Source: an uncultured Pseudomonadales bacterium (lineage in GTDB: Bacteria > Patescibacteriota > Microgenomatia > UBA1400 > PJMF01). From it: a DNA stretch of 64,000 nucleotides. The DNA lies in assembly GCA_964645645.1 (NCBI GenBank), contig CAZYBC010000003.1, positions 13,369-77,368 on the forward strand, written 5' to 3'. Both the position numbers and the translations under genes were made by a program. The notes under the pieces were generated by a model, which saw nothing but the letters and a program-made list of their open reading frames with translations, ran no database searches and was not told where the DNA came from. Shown here one piece after another: positions 10,148-19,733 of the stretch. The number at the start of each line of letters is the position of its first letter. Position 1 is the stretch's first letter.

Positions 10148-11245
10148 TTACAAAGATTTAGAGGCTATTAAAAAATCTTCATAGCCTCTTTTTCTCAAAA
10201 AATCAGTATATCCGTTGTAATCTTTGACGATGATATTTGTTTTAACCTGAGGTATATCCTGGAACCGTGGAATCAACTTAGTCGCCTCCTCCTTATTACT
10301 GGAAATAATTTCTAATGTAAGCAGTCCTTGCAAATTTTCCTTCATGAGATCAAGTAAATACTTATCTTGTGCTCTCCAACCAACAACAAGAATTCTATCC
10401 ACCTTTTTAATTTCATTGATGAGCACTTTAATATGTGCTGGCGGGCAGACACTTTTTGCTTTTGAAGCGATAGGAACCGCTATAGCAGGCAAATAATACA
10501 ACCAAGAATCACCATCAAACTGATTATTTTTACGCTCTCTGTAAGCTTCAAGGCTAAATTTTTCTTTAAAATAATCAAAGTCTCTGATAATATTGGGATA
10601 TACTTCTTGGCTATTATATTTCTGATACAGTTTTTGCCCACCAGATACAAAGAATTCATACACATCTTTTTTTTGAAAATCTATTTCTGGCTTGTATCTC
10701 CAATTATGAGCTCCATGGATTTTTATTACTTTAATATTGCCAGAAACGTAGCTATTTATATCTTTACTTGAATTTATCTCTTTGATGTTTTTTTCTAAAA
10801 GAGTATCGTAGTTAAAATTTACAAATAAGGCTTTTCCGACTCTATTGTTGATTTCATTGAGTAAATGGTTATGGTTATTAGTATGTCGATAAAATCTGTT
10901 GGAAACATTACTAAAAAGTTCTGCTAGATAAAAACGCAGTGCAATTATTTGTGGATAACTCCTTTCTGGGAATTGTATTTCTAATTCAGATAAGTACTTT
11001 TCAAAATCAAAAGGGTCGTCACTATCTGTGATATTAATGATAGCTGAAGCTAGTGGTTTAACATGTTCATAATTTCCTATAATTTCCAAAAATCTTGCAA
11101 CGTCAAAAATATTGTTGGTTAATGGCGGTCTCCAATTATTTAAGTCGTATTGATTAGCCCCACTGAAACGTCCTATCTTTTGGAAATCATAAGACGCTCC
11201 AGCCCCGAGGATAATTAATGGATATGCCATAGATTTTAACTCCAA
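10148..11245 (-). CDS. SIR2_2-like (ThsA-type SIR2/DHS-like NAD-binding) domain protein
   Basis: N-terminal IILGAGAS motif, FNYDTLLE (TNYD-like) motif and IKIHGAHNW (HG catalytic-His region), spaced as in SIR2_2/ThsA domains. C-terminal ~180 aa unassigned. Confidence 0.55.
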   Translation of the reverse strand: MELKSMAYPLIILGAGASYDFQKIGRFSGANQYDLNNWRPPLTNNIFDVARFLEIIGNYEHVKPLASAIINITDSDDPFDFEKYLSELEIQFPERSYPQIIALRFYLAELFSNVSNRFYRHTNNHNHLLNEINNRVGKALFVNFNYDTLLEKNIKEINSSKDINSYVSGNIKVIKIHGAHNWRYKPEIDFQKKDVYEFFVSGGQKLYQKYNSQEVYPNIIRDFDYFKEKFSLEAYRERKNNQFDGDSWLYYLPAIAVPIASKAKSVCPPAHIKVLINEIKKVDRILVVGWRAQDKYLLDLMKENLQGLLTLEIISSNKEEATKLIPRFQDIPQVKTNIIVKDYNGYTDFLRKRGYEDFLIASKSL

Positions 11246-11755
11246 TTACCATATAATACGCTAAGAATATATCATTTACACTAGTATCCACATATCTAAT
11301 GCTAACAATGACTTTTTTGAGTGCCTAGAAAAAATTTGAAGAGATATAACTACCTTTGAATTTTTAATGCGTTGTGCAATTGCCAAAAAAAACAAAAATA
11401 GGGATACATAATGAAAAAAGTTGATGATAATAAAGCATAAAAAAAGTTTAGATTGACCTAATCTAAGCTTGTTTTACATTTCTAGTAAAAACGCTACAAG
11501 TTATGGGATTATTAATCTGGAAACAAGTTTTCATTCCATAGATCAGACACGAATTTTTTTCCTAACTTAACTTCCATTAACTCTTAACTATTTCAAATTA
11601 ACGAGATCCACTAATTTGTCATCTTTTTGTCATAATTTATTGGTATTATTATATAAATACCACTAAACTATTTTGATCTATTTATAAACACTCAAATTGT
11701 GGTTATATTTGGTGTTTATTCGTTTCACAGATCAGGATAAAATAGACTAATATAT

Positions 11756-14700
11756 ATGAACCTCTTCAACAAAAAACTTTTAGCCCAACATCTAGTTAAA
11801 TATAATTTTCCTAACGGTCAACAATTAGAAGATATCCAAAAAATCCTATCCGGTTGGCAAAAAGCTCTAAAAGACAGCAATCTTGATCGTACTAAAGAAA
11901 CTAGTATTCAAGGTCAATTCTTAACTAAATTTTTTGAAACTATTCTTGGATACGACACGCAAACATCTGGCAAAGAACTTTGGCATTTAAACCAAGAACC
12001 TAAAACCGAAGTTGATGCACAAGAGGCTGATGGAGCATTAGGCTTTTTTACCAAAAATTCAAGTAAAGTTTTAGCAGTCATTGAACTTAAAGATGCAAAA
12101 ACTTCTCTAGACAAAAAACAATCTGGCAGAATCGGTAAACTCACGCCAGTTGAACAAGCTTTTCAATATCTTAATAAATTTGATGGCTGTAAGTGGGCAA
12201 TTGTTGCAAACTTTAGAGAGATTAGAATTTACAGCAAACTTCGAGGCCAAGGTTTCTATGAAAAATTTGATATTATTAGCCTGACAGAAGAACCTGAATT
12301 TAAACGTTTTTATTACATTTTTAATAAAAATAATCTTATTAATGAAGGTAAAATATCAGTTACTGAATCTTTAGCTGCTGATACTACTGTCCAAGAAGAA
12401 AATATCACCAAAAAATTCTATGAGCAGTACAAAGAAATTAGACTTAAAGTTCTTAATCATTTATTTGAATACAATCCACAGGTTGATCGCTTAGTGCTAG
12501 TAGAAAAAACTCAAAAATTATTAGATAGATTATTGTTTACTTTAGTCTGTGAAGACTCAACCACCCTTTTACCAACACACATTGTTAAAACCACCTATGA
12601 TAGAAGTTTTCAATCCTTTGCTCTATCTGGCAACAATCAGCGAGTCTGGCTAAACTTTAAAGGCTTGTTTAAAGCTATTGATGAAGGTGTTAAGGATATC
12701 GATCCGCCAATCAATAAATATAACGGTGGTTTATTCAAAAATGATGAAATTTTAGATAATTTGATTATTAAAGATGACATCTGGAAAGAAATTATCAAGC
12801 TTACTCAATATGATTTTGAAAGCGATCTAAACGTCAATGTTCTGGGTCATATCTTTGAACAAAGTATTAGTGACCTAGAAGAAATCAAAGCTCAAGTTGA
12901 GGGTGAAGCGGTTGATAAGAAAAAATCATTACGAAAAAAACAAGGTATTTTTTATACTCCAGAATACATTACCAAATTTATTGTTGAAAATACTGTGGGT
13001 AAATACCTAGAAAAAAATCCTGATAAACTCAAAACTATCAAAATTCTTGATCCTGCTTGCGGTAGTGGAGCATTTTTAAATCAAGCTCATTCATTCTTGC
13101 TCAATCAATACAAGGTTAGAGATGAAGAAAAGCAACTAGAATTACAAAAGCAAGGGAAAGCCACTAGTTTATTTGATCTAAGTTGGGTAGAAAATGATAA
13201 AACTATTTTACTTAATAATTTATATGGAGTTGACTTAAGCCCTGAGAGTGTCGAAATTACCAAGCTTGCTCTGTGGCTGAAAACTGCCAAGGCTACTGAA
13301 CCACTGCAAAATCTAGACAATAATATTAAGTGTGGTAACTCACTGATTGATGATCCAGAAATTGCTGGTGATAAAGCATTTAATTGGAATACTGAATTTA
13401 AAGACATTATGGATGAAGGCGGATTTGATGTGATTATTGGGAATCCACCGTATGTGTACGCTAGGGAAAAAATTTCTTTTAACGAAAAGGAATATTTCAA
13501 CTCTGAATATTTATCAGCTGAATATCAGCTCAACACTTTTGTTTTATTTATAGAAAAATCAATTAAACTCTTGAAAGATAAAGGATTGCTTGGTTTTATT
13601 ATTCCCAATAGTTTACTAAAAATTGGTTCAATTTCAAAATTAAGAAAATACATTTTAGACAATACATCTGTCAATATTATAGTAAGTTTGTCTGGGTATT
13701 CATTTGAGAGTGTTAATGTGGAAACCGTAATACTTGTGGTCCAAAAAAACTCAAAAAATTCATATGTAGATGTAAAGAAAATTGAATCAGATACTGATAT
13801 ATATTCACAAGAATCATTTTCTGTTAATAGCTCAAGATGGAAAACGAATCAAAACTATGAATTTGATATTTTCTCATCAGATTCCGACTTAAAGCTGATC
13901 AGTAAAATTCAAACAAGCTCTCAAACTCTTGAGAGCTTGTTTAACGTAAAGGCTGGACTTCAAGCATACGAAAAAGGCAAAGGAAATCCAGTTCAAAATG
14001 AAGAAGATGTTAGGAATAGACCATATGACTTCCAAACTAAGGTTGATGAAAATACCCATAAATATTTAGAAGGAAAAAATATATCAAGATATCTTATCCA
14101 AGGATTTAGTTACTGGCTTAAATACGGTGATAACTTAGCTGCACCAAGATCATTCGATATTTTTTGTAGACCAAGAATATTGATCAGGGAAATAACAAAT
14201 AACCAACCATACTGCTTTCATGCATCCTATGTTGAAGAAACTTTTTTAAATAATAGAAGCATCATCAATGTGTTGGATCCCCAAAATGATAGGCAGAAAT
14301 TGCTGAATTTATTGGCAATAATCAATAGCAAACTAGCATCATGGTATTTCGTTAAAACTAATCCAAAAGCCAATAGATCAATGTTTCCAAAGCTGATTCT
14401 TAGAGATCTAGCAAATTTTCCCATTACTTTACCCAAAAACAAGATAAATCTGGATAAAGTAGAAAAATTAATAATCAAAATTTCAAAATTAAATACAAAA
14501 CTGTTCACTGAAAAAGGTAGATTGAATGAAATTATTGTTTCAAAATTTAAGTTAAAAAATAAAACAAACTTAATCAATTTTTACCAACTCGGTTGGAACG
14601 GATTCATTGCAGAACTTGAAAAACAAAAAGTTAAACTTGATGTCAGTGAACAAGATAAACTTAATAAGTGGTTCAACAAAGTTGGAAAGTCTTTATTGGA

Positions 14701-14803
14701 TCTTGAACAAGAAATTAGTGATCTAGACAGACAAATTGATCAATTTGTCTATGAGCTTTATGACTTAACCAAAGAAGAAATAAAATTAATAGAAAAAGAA
14801 TAA
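11756..14803 (+). CDS. Type IIG/IIL restriction-modification enzyme (gamma-class N6-adenine MTase with target-recognition C-terminus; putative N-terminal nuclease)
   Basis: 1015-aa single polypeptide. SAM-binding motif I LDPACGSGAFL and catalytic motif IV VIIGNPPY. N-terminal region has an IELKDAK stretch compatible with PD-ExK. No BREX partners nearby. Confidence 0.8.
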   Translation: MNLFNKKLLAQHLVKYNFPNGQQLEDIQKILSGWQKALKDSNLDRTKETSIQGQFLTKFFETILGYDTQTSGKELWHLNQEPKTEVDAQEADGALGFFTKNSSKVLAVIELKDAKTSLDKKQSGRIGKLTPVEQAFQYLNKFDGCKWAIVANFREIRIYSKLRGQGFYEKFDIISLTEEPEFKRFYYIFNKNNLINEGKISVTESLAADTTVQEENITKKFYEQYKEIRLKVLNHLFEYNPQVDRLVLVEKTQKLLDRLLFTLVCEDSTTLLPTHIVKTTYDRSFQSFALSGNNQRVWLNFKGLFKAIDEGVKDIDPPINKYNGGLFKNDEILDNLIIKDDIWKEIIKLTQYDFESDLNVNVLGHIFEQSISDLEEIKAQVEGEAVDKKKSLRKKQGIFYTPEYITKFIVENTVGKYLEKNPDKLKTIKILDPACGSGAFLNQAHSFLLNQYKVRDEEKQLELQKQGKATSLFDLSWVENDKTILLNNLYGVDLSPESVEITKLALWLKTAKATEPLQNLDNNIKCGNSLIDDPEIAGDKAFNWNTEFKDIMDEGGFDVIIGNPPYVYAREKISFNEKEYFNSEYLSAEYQLNTFVLFIEKSIKLLKDKGLLGFIIPNSLLKIGSISKLRKYILDNTSVNIIVSLSGYSFESVNVETVILVVQKNSKNSYVDVKKIESDTDIYSQESFSVNSSRWKTNQNYEFDIFSSDSDLKLISKIQTSSQTLESLFNVKAGLQAYEKGKGNPVQNEEDVRNRPYDFQTKVDENTHKYLEGKNISRYLIQGFSYWLKYGDNLAAPRSFDIFCRPRILIREITNNQPYCFHASYVEETFLNNRSIINVLDPQNDRQKLLNLLAIINSKLASWYFVKTNPKANRSMFPKLILRDLANFPITLPKNKINLDKVEKLIIKISKLNTKLFTEKGRLNEIIVSKFKLKNKTNLINFYQLGWNGFIAELEKQKVKLDVSEQDKLNKWFNKVGKSLLDLEQEISDLDRQIDQFVYELYDLTKEEIKLIEKE

Positions 14804-14815
14804 TAATAACTTAAA

Positions 14816-15586
14816 ATGACACAAACAAAAATAGCAGAGCTACAAGAAGAATTAAAAAACATCAAAAGTTATTTTATTGCTGATGGAAGATATTCTTTAG
14901 ATGGATTAGTAAAGTGGTCAGCAAAAACAGCTGCTTTTTTTGAAACCGTTGGAGTTCCTCAAAATGTTATTGATCATTTTTTAATAATTTTTAACATAAA
15001 TTATCTTAAAGAAAAAGAAATATCACCTCTAGAAAGAGATCCAAGAGATGGAGCTTTCGTTTACTTTAAAAAATTTTCAGAAGATCGATTAATGCCTCTT
15101 TGGATAGCCATTGAATATGCAGAAATCAAAATAAAGTATATGCAGTTTGAGGAATCATTGGTTCCAAGATGGTTGCTATCAACACTTTCAAATAAAAAAG
15201 GGGTTGAACACATTTCTTCTGCACTACAGGCTTTGGATCAAGCATTTGAAAATAGATCAGCAAAAGACATTTTGAATCACTCCAATTCATTGTTGGAGAG
15301 CATACTTAACCTAGATAGTAGACTTACTACTAAAGATCTAGGTCCAAAACTACAAACTTTATCAGAAGATAGAGATGGAAAAATTCGTTATAAGTTTGGT
15401 GGTCTTAGTTGTGATTTTTTTAGAGGTATTAATGCCTCAAGACTGATAAGAAATGAAAGAGTAGTGCATTCAAATATAGGAATGAATCATAACATCCCAT
15501 TTATTGTTGGAGCATCATCAGCTTATCTAGTTGTTACCCTGCTTGAAGCAACGTTGTCTGCTGGAAAACTAGTTAAGTTAACATAA
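14816..15586 (+). CDS. hypothetical protein co-operonic with the RM enzyme (256 aa)
   Basis: Starts 12 nt after the RM stop on the same strand; no recognisable motif. Confidence 0.45.
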   Translation: MTQTKIAELQEELKNIKSYFIADGRYSLDGLVKWSAKTAAFFETVGVPQNVIDHFLIIFNINYLKEKEISPLERDPRDGAFVYFKKFSEDRLMPLWIAIEYAEIKIKYMQFEESLVPRWLLSTLSNKKGVEHISSALQALDQAFENRSAKDILNHSNSLLESILNLDSRLTTKDLGPKLQTLSEDRDGKIRYKFGGLSCDFFRGINASRLIRNERVVHSNIGMNHNIPFIVGASSAYLVVTLLEATLSAGKLVKLT

Positions 15587-15735
15587 CTCTCACCTTGCTT
15601 GCTTAACACTAGCTAGGTTATATTTTTGTGATTTTGGTCTTGAATCTGTATTAAAAACGAAGAATTCTATAGGTTTTTCTATCTGAAAGAATGTTATAAT
15701 TTCATTCCAAAGGTCCGACAAAAGTTTATAAAAAA

Positions 15736-15765
15736 ATCCCCAGATTTCATACTGGGGATTTTTTA
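15736..15765. terminator. bidirectional intrinsic terminator
   Basis: Hairpin atccccag-N8-ctggggat, flanked by an A-run upstream and a T-run downstream, between convergent genes. Confidence 0.5.
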
Positions 15766-15781
15766 AATCTTACTTACTCAT

Positions 15782-17176
15782 TTACCGATTTAATAAGAAA
15801 TAAAGTTTTCCAGTCGCTAAAGGTGTAGCCCAATTAGTATAGTTACCAACAATATAAGAGGCTTTAACTTTAGGATTATTATCTCTAGTAAGCATAAAAC
15901 GATTAATGTTAGCATCTGCTTTAATAATTGATTCTGTATAATCAATATTATTAGTATAAGGATTGTAAATTATCTCTTTAATTTCATGTCTAAAAGAGGA
16001 GTAAAGAGCAATTTTACCGTCAGCTAAAGTTTCTGAATCCCATAAAACAATCCTATCAGCTTTAGCTTCTCGATAATTTAAGACTGTTTTTTTCCATTCT
16101 CCATTAAGATATCGTAAATTATAAAGTTGATAAAATTGTTGACCATTAGCATCAGTGATTAAATCAGTTGCAAAAATTATGGGAGCTCCTTCAGCGGTAA
16201 ATCCTAAACATAGAGTAAGATTAGAGCCAGCTGTACTCATAGTTGGTTTTTTTTCAACCAGGGTAAGAGCCATCTTAGGCCCAACTTTTTTACCATCAAT
16301 CGTCTCTAATTTATCTGTTTTAGTATTAAAAATTCCAAAAAAATTATGGCCGTAATAAGCACCATAATTACCCCTTAAACTCCACAAAATAGCTAATTTA
16401 TGCCTTTCTTTAGGCATGGGTAAAATAGAAGCCACAGAAGTGTTATTCCAATTAATAGTTTCATTATTGAATTGTTCTTCTCTCCTTTGATAAGTAATGT
16501 ACTGAATAGGTTTACTCCAAGCCTTAGTGTCATAATCATATTTGACATAATATTGAGTCCCTTTTACATAATAAGCTTGATCTTTTTTACCTTCTGGATA
16601 AAGAGTATCGCGATAAAAGTAATACAACGCATTATTTCCTGGCATAGCTACTCCATAAGTAGCTCTAAAAGTATCTGGAATTTCCACTAAATTAGAACCG
16701 TCAAAACTACTGAAATGTAAATTGTGATTAGCATGGTAAGATTCCATGACTGCGAATTCATCTTGATCTAATCTGAAAAGCTGAGGATAATTATGTGAAT
16801 CACTTTTTACAGCTGGTTCAAAAATTCGTCTTTCTGTAACTTTTTCAGTTTTATGGTCAAAAGAGGCTAAATAAGGAGCTGTTTCTGAAAGGCCATTAGG
16901 CATTTTACCAGCAGGGTAAACAATGTAAGTTCTATTGGTATTATTGTCATATATCATTGTTCCCCAACCCATATTTCTACCAGGGGCACCAACTACTTCA
17001 GTGATATTAGAAGCAATTAAAACTGAACGATATCTATCTACTGCTGCTGAAGCATCTTCTGGATTGACGTTTTTTTTGCTGTTTAACATGGCCACACTGG
17101 CCAACAAACTCACTCCAGCAATTAAGATAAAACAAATGCTAATTATGGTGATTAAAAATTTTCTGTTTTTGTACAT
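15782..17176 (-). CDS. membrane-anchored extracytoplasmic hypothetical protein (464 aa)
   Basis: Single N-terminal transmembrane helix (FLITIISICFILIAGVSLLASVAML) followed by a large Tyr/Asn/Gly/Thr-rich soluble domain; no catalytic motif recognised. Confidence 0.5.
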   Translation of the reverse strand: MYKNRKFLITIISICFILIAGVSLLASVAMLNSKKNVNPEDASAAVDRYRSVLIASNITEVVGAPGRNMGWGTMIYDNNTNRTYIVYPAGKMPNGLSETAPYLASFDHKTEKVTERRIFEPAVKSDSHNYPQLFRLDQDEFAVMESYHANHNLHFSSFDGSNLVEIPDTFRATYGVAMPGNNALYYFYRDTLYPEGKKDQAYYVKGTQYYVKYDYDTKAWSKPIQYITYQRREEQFNNETINWNNTSVASILPMPKERHKLAILWSLRGNYGAYYGHNFFGIFNTKTDKLETIDGKKVGPKMALTLVEKKPTMSTAGSNLTLCLGFTAEGAPIIFATDLITDANGQQFYQLYNLRYLNGEWKKTVLNYREAKADRIVLWDSETLADGKIALYSSFRHEIKEIIYNPYTNNIDYTESIIKADANINRFMLTRDNNPKVKASYIVGNYTNWATPLATGKLYFLLNR

Positions 17177-17269
17177 AAACTAAAACTAATTTATAGATAT
17201 TTTCATAATACACTATTTATACTAATAATTGCTAATGCAAAGTAAAACTGGCTGATATAATCACTGATT

Positions 17270-17518
17270 ATGTCCTTAAAATATCCATTCCCCTTTAAAA
17301 CTAGTTCAGCTCATTCTGAAAAAATTTCTAAAAAAATTGATCTAAATCAATTTCAAAAAGAAAACTTACAAAATCAGCTTGATGATCTAACTAAACAACA
17401 ACAACGACTTAAAGCAGCAGTTAATATTGGTGCTAAATCATTTGAAAGTTTTATTAAAGCACGTAGTGAAATCGTAAAAAATAGAATTGCTGATTTACAA
17501 GCTAGATTAAAAGATTAA
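17270..17518 (+). CDS. small coiled-coil hypothetical protein (82 aa)
   Basis: ORF rich in heptad-like charged repeats; no motif. Confidence 0.3.
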   Translation: MSLKYPFPFKTSSAHSEKISKKIDLNQFQKENLQNQLDDLTKQQQRLKAAVNIGAKSFESFIKARSEIVKNRIADLQARLKD

Positions 17519-17529
17519 CTGTCAGTTGT

Positions 17530-18990
17530 TTGTTAAGATTAGCGCTTAAGCTAAAATTAATGTCAACTTTTTCCAATCTGCTTTTAGCTAAACAAACCTT
17601 ACAAAAATACTTTCATTATCAAGACTTTAGACCAAAGCAAACAGCCATTGTTCAAAGCATTCTCAATCAGCATGATACTTTAGCTATCTTAGCAACCGGA
17701 GGAGGAAAATCAATTTGTTTTCAGATCCCTGGCTTAATTTTTGCCGGAACAACTTTAGTGATTTCTCCTTTAATTTCTTTAATGAAAGATCAAGTAGCTC
17801 ATTTAGCCGCTAAAAAAATTCCCGCTAGTTTCTTAAATAGTAGCCTTGATAAAGCAGAACAACAGCAGCGCTTAAAAAATTTAGCCAAACAAAAATACAA
17901 ATTTTTTTATCTCGCTCCAGAAAGATTAGACAATCCTCAGTTAATTAAAATTTGCCAAGCCATCAAGATTCCTTTATTGGTCATTGATGAGGCTCACTGT
18001 ATCTCTTTATGGGGGCACAATTTTAGACCAAATTATCTTAAAATTAATCATTTTATTAAACAGCTTCAACCAAGACCCACTGTAGCTAGCTTTACAGCTA
18101 CCGCCACACCATTAGTAATTAAAGACATTAAGCAATCTTTAAAACTCAATCATCCTCAGCTATTCATTAATTCTTTTGTACGACCTAATTTGCAATTAAT
18201 TATTTATCATTGTCAAGAAAATTTTTTAAAAGAAATTTTATTATTTTGTTTGCTAAAAAAACACTTAAATCAAGCTGGCATTATTTACACCGCTACTCGC
18301 AAAGAAGCAGAACGGCTTTATCAATTAATTAAAAATTATGATTTTAAACAACAATTTAAATTAGCTTTTTATCATGGTGGCCTAGATCACCGACAACGTG
18401 ACCAAATTCAAGAAGATTTTTTAACTGATAAAATTAAAATTATCATTGCTACCAACGCTTTTGGCATGGGAGTTGATAAAAGTAATATCAGATTTGTAAT
18501 TCACTACCAAATTCCTGGTTGTTTGGAAAATTACAGCCAAGAAATTGGACGAGCGGGGAGAGATCAACAAGCGGCAGTTTGCTATTTGTTGTTTTATCAA
18601 CCTGACATATTAATTCAACAACAATTTATAGCAAATAAAAAAAATTTAGTTGACCAACAACAGATTGAGCAAACTAAACTAAAAAAAATGTTAGCCTTTG
18701 TCACTGAGCCAGGTTGTTTACAACAAAAAATTGCTCAATATTTTCAACAAAAACCAATATCTACTTGTAACCAATGTAGTAACTGTGTTAAGCCTCAGCT
18801 TCCAATTGACCCAATTTTTAAACAACGGTATATTCAGCTTCATCAAACTTTATCGCAATTAGCAATTGAAGATTTCCCGATTATTGAAAAAACTCAACTT
18901 TTACTTGCTTTACACCAGCCTCAAAACAAAGACCAATTATTAAAAATTGCTGGAGTAGGGCGGGGGCTTTGCCAATATTTAAATTTTTAA
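17530..18990 (+). CDS. recQ: ATP-dependent DNA helicase RecQ (short form without HRDC)
   Basis: FRPKQ motif, Walker A ATGGGKSICFQIPGL, DEAHCISLWGHNFRPNY (DEAH box plus RecQ signature), and a C-terminal Zn-binding Cys cluster CNQCSNC. Confidence 0.8.
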   Translation: MLRLALKLKLMSTFSNLLLAKQTLQKYFHYQDFRPKQTAIVQSILNQHDTLAILATGGGKSICFQIPGLIFAGTTLVISPLISLMKDQVAHLAAKKIPASFLNSSLDKAEQQQRLKNLAKQKYKFFYLAPERLDNPQLIKICQAIKIPLLVIDEAHCISLWGHNFRPNYLKINHFIKQLQPRPTVASFTATATPLVIKDIKQSLKLNHPQLFINSFVRPNLQLIIYHCQENFLKEILLFCLLKKHLNQAGIIYTATRKEAERLYQLIKNYDFKQQFKLAFYHGGLDHRQRDQIQEDFLTDKIKIIIATNAFGMGVDKSNIRFVIHYQIPGCLENYSQEIGRAGRDQQAAVCYLLFYQPDILIQQQFIANKKNLVDQQQIEQTKLKKMLAFVTEPGCLQQKIAQYFQQKPISTCNQCSNCVKPQLPIDPIFKQRYIQLHQTLSQLAIEDFPIIEKTQLLLALHQPQNKDQLLKIAGVGRGLCQYLNF

Positions 18991-19042
18991 GTCAGGGCTA
19001 CGCTCAAAGGGCGTGGCTTGACTTAGCCATAGTGGAAAAAAA

Positions 19043-19077
19043 ACTCCCCCCGCAGGGGGAGTTAAATCATTTTGGTT
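19043..19077. terminator. bidirectional intrinsic terminator
   Basis: GC-rich hairpin actccccccgcagggggagt with an A-run on one side and T-rich sequence on the other, between convergent recQ and the LTXXQ gene. Confidence 0.5.
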
Positions 19078-19105
19078 TTTAACCAACGGTGAGGTTTTTA
19101 AAAAT

Positions 19106-19645
19106 TTACTCAGTAGCTTGATGAAGCATCATGCCTCTACCTTTGCCTTGAGGACCATTTTCAAACTCACCTCTGCCCAGATTAAAATATTTCATATCAA
19201 TCCCATTTGCTTCTGCCCAAGCTTTTAATTCAGCTTGTCTGTTTTCTCGTTCAGTTTTTTCGGCTTGCATTTGAGTTTGACGTTCTTCTGCGCTTAAATT
19301 TTTCCAATCTTCACCTTTAGGGCCTCGATTTTGATTTTGTTGTTGTAACTCTTGATGTTTGGCTAAAATTAAAGCTTTTTGTTCAGCAGTAAGTTCTCCA
19401 GCTGTGACAGCTTCTTCTAATTTAGCTTCAAACCTAGCTTGATTTTCTTGCTGTCTAGCTTGTTGATCTTCTTGAAAAACAGTTTCTACTTCTTCTTTTT
19501 TAAGACCAAATTTAGCTACTAAACGATCAACAATCGATTGATGATTGTTTTGACCTTCTTGAGCGTTGACTGGTCTCGTAAGAAAAATCCCAGTGCCAAC
19601 TGCTGTCATTAATAAGGCAGCTGGAATAATCAATTTTTTATTCAT
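19106..19645 (-). CDS. periplasmic LTXXQ-motif protein (Spy/CpxP/ZraP-like)
   Basis: Signal-peptide-like N-terminus. Highly charged Gln/Glu-rich helical body with an LTAEQKALI (LTXXQ) motif. Immediately downstream of a two-component system. Confidence 0.5.
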   Translation of the reverse strand: MNKKLIIPAALLMTAVGTGIFLTRPVNAQEGQNNHQSIVDRLVAKFGLKKEEVETVFQEDQQARQQENQARFEAKLEEAVTAGELTAEQKALILAKHQELQQQNQNRGPKGEDWKNLSAEERQTQMQAEKTERENRQAELKAWAEANGIDMKYFNLGRGEFENGPQGKGRGMMLHQATE

Positions 19646-19733
19646 TGATCCCTTTCTTTTAAGATTAATTAATACTAAAGTTAATATACAAAACTAAGTT
19701 GAAAAGAAGTTGAAAAATAACAAGGAGTCTATC

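Noticed and set aside
10480-10665. 61-aa ORF
   Set aside because: Nested in a different frame inside the SIR2-like gene.
11914-14577. Minus-strand ORFs 11914-12144, 13105-13500 and 14227-14577
   Set aside because: All lie inside the 1015-aa RM gene, whose MTase motifs are unambiguous on the + strand. They are antisense shadow ORFs.
10127-15780. Integrated element with attL/attR at tRNA-Pro
   Set aside because: No direct repeat of the tRNA-Pro 3' end was found downstream of the SIR2/RM islet, and no integrase gene is present. The island status therefore remains an inference from gene content.
16155-17183. Plus-strand ORFs 16155-16355, 16472-16690 and 16935-17183
   Set aside because: Antisense to the 464-aa membrane-anchored protein; hydrophobic low-complexity translations typical of shadow frames.
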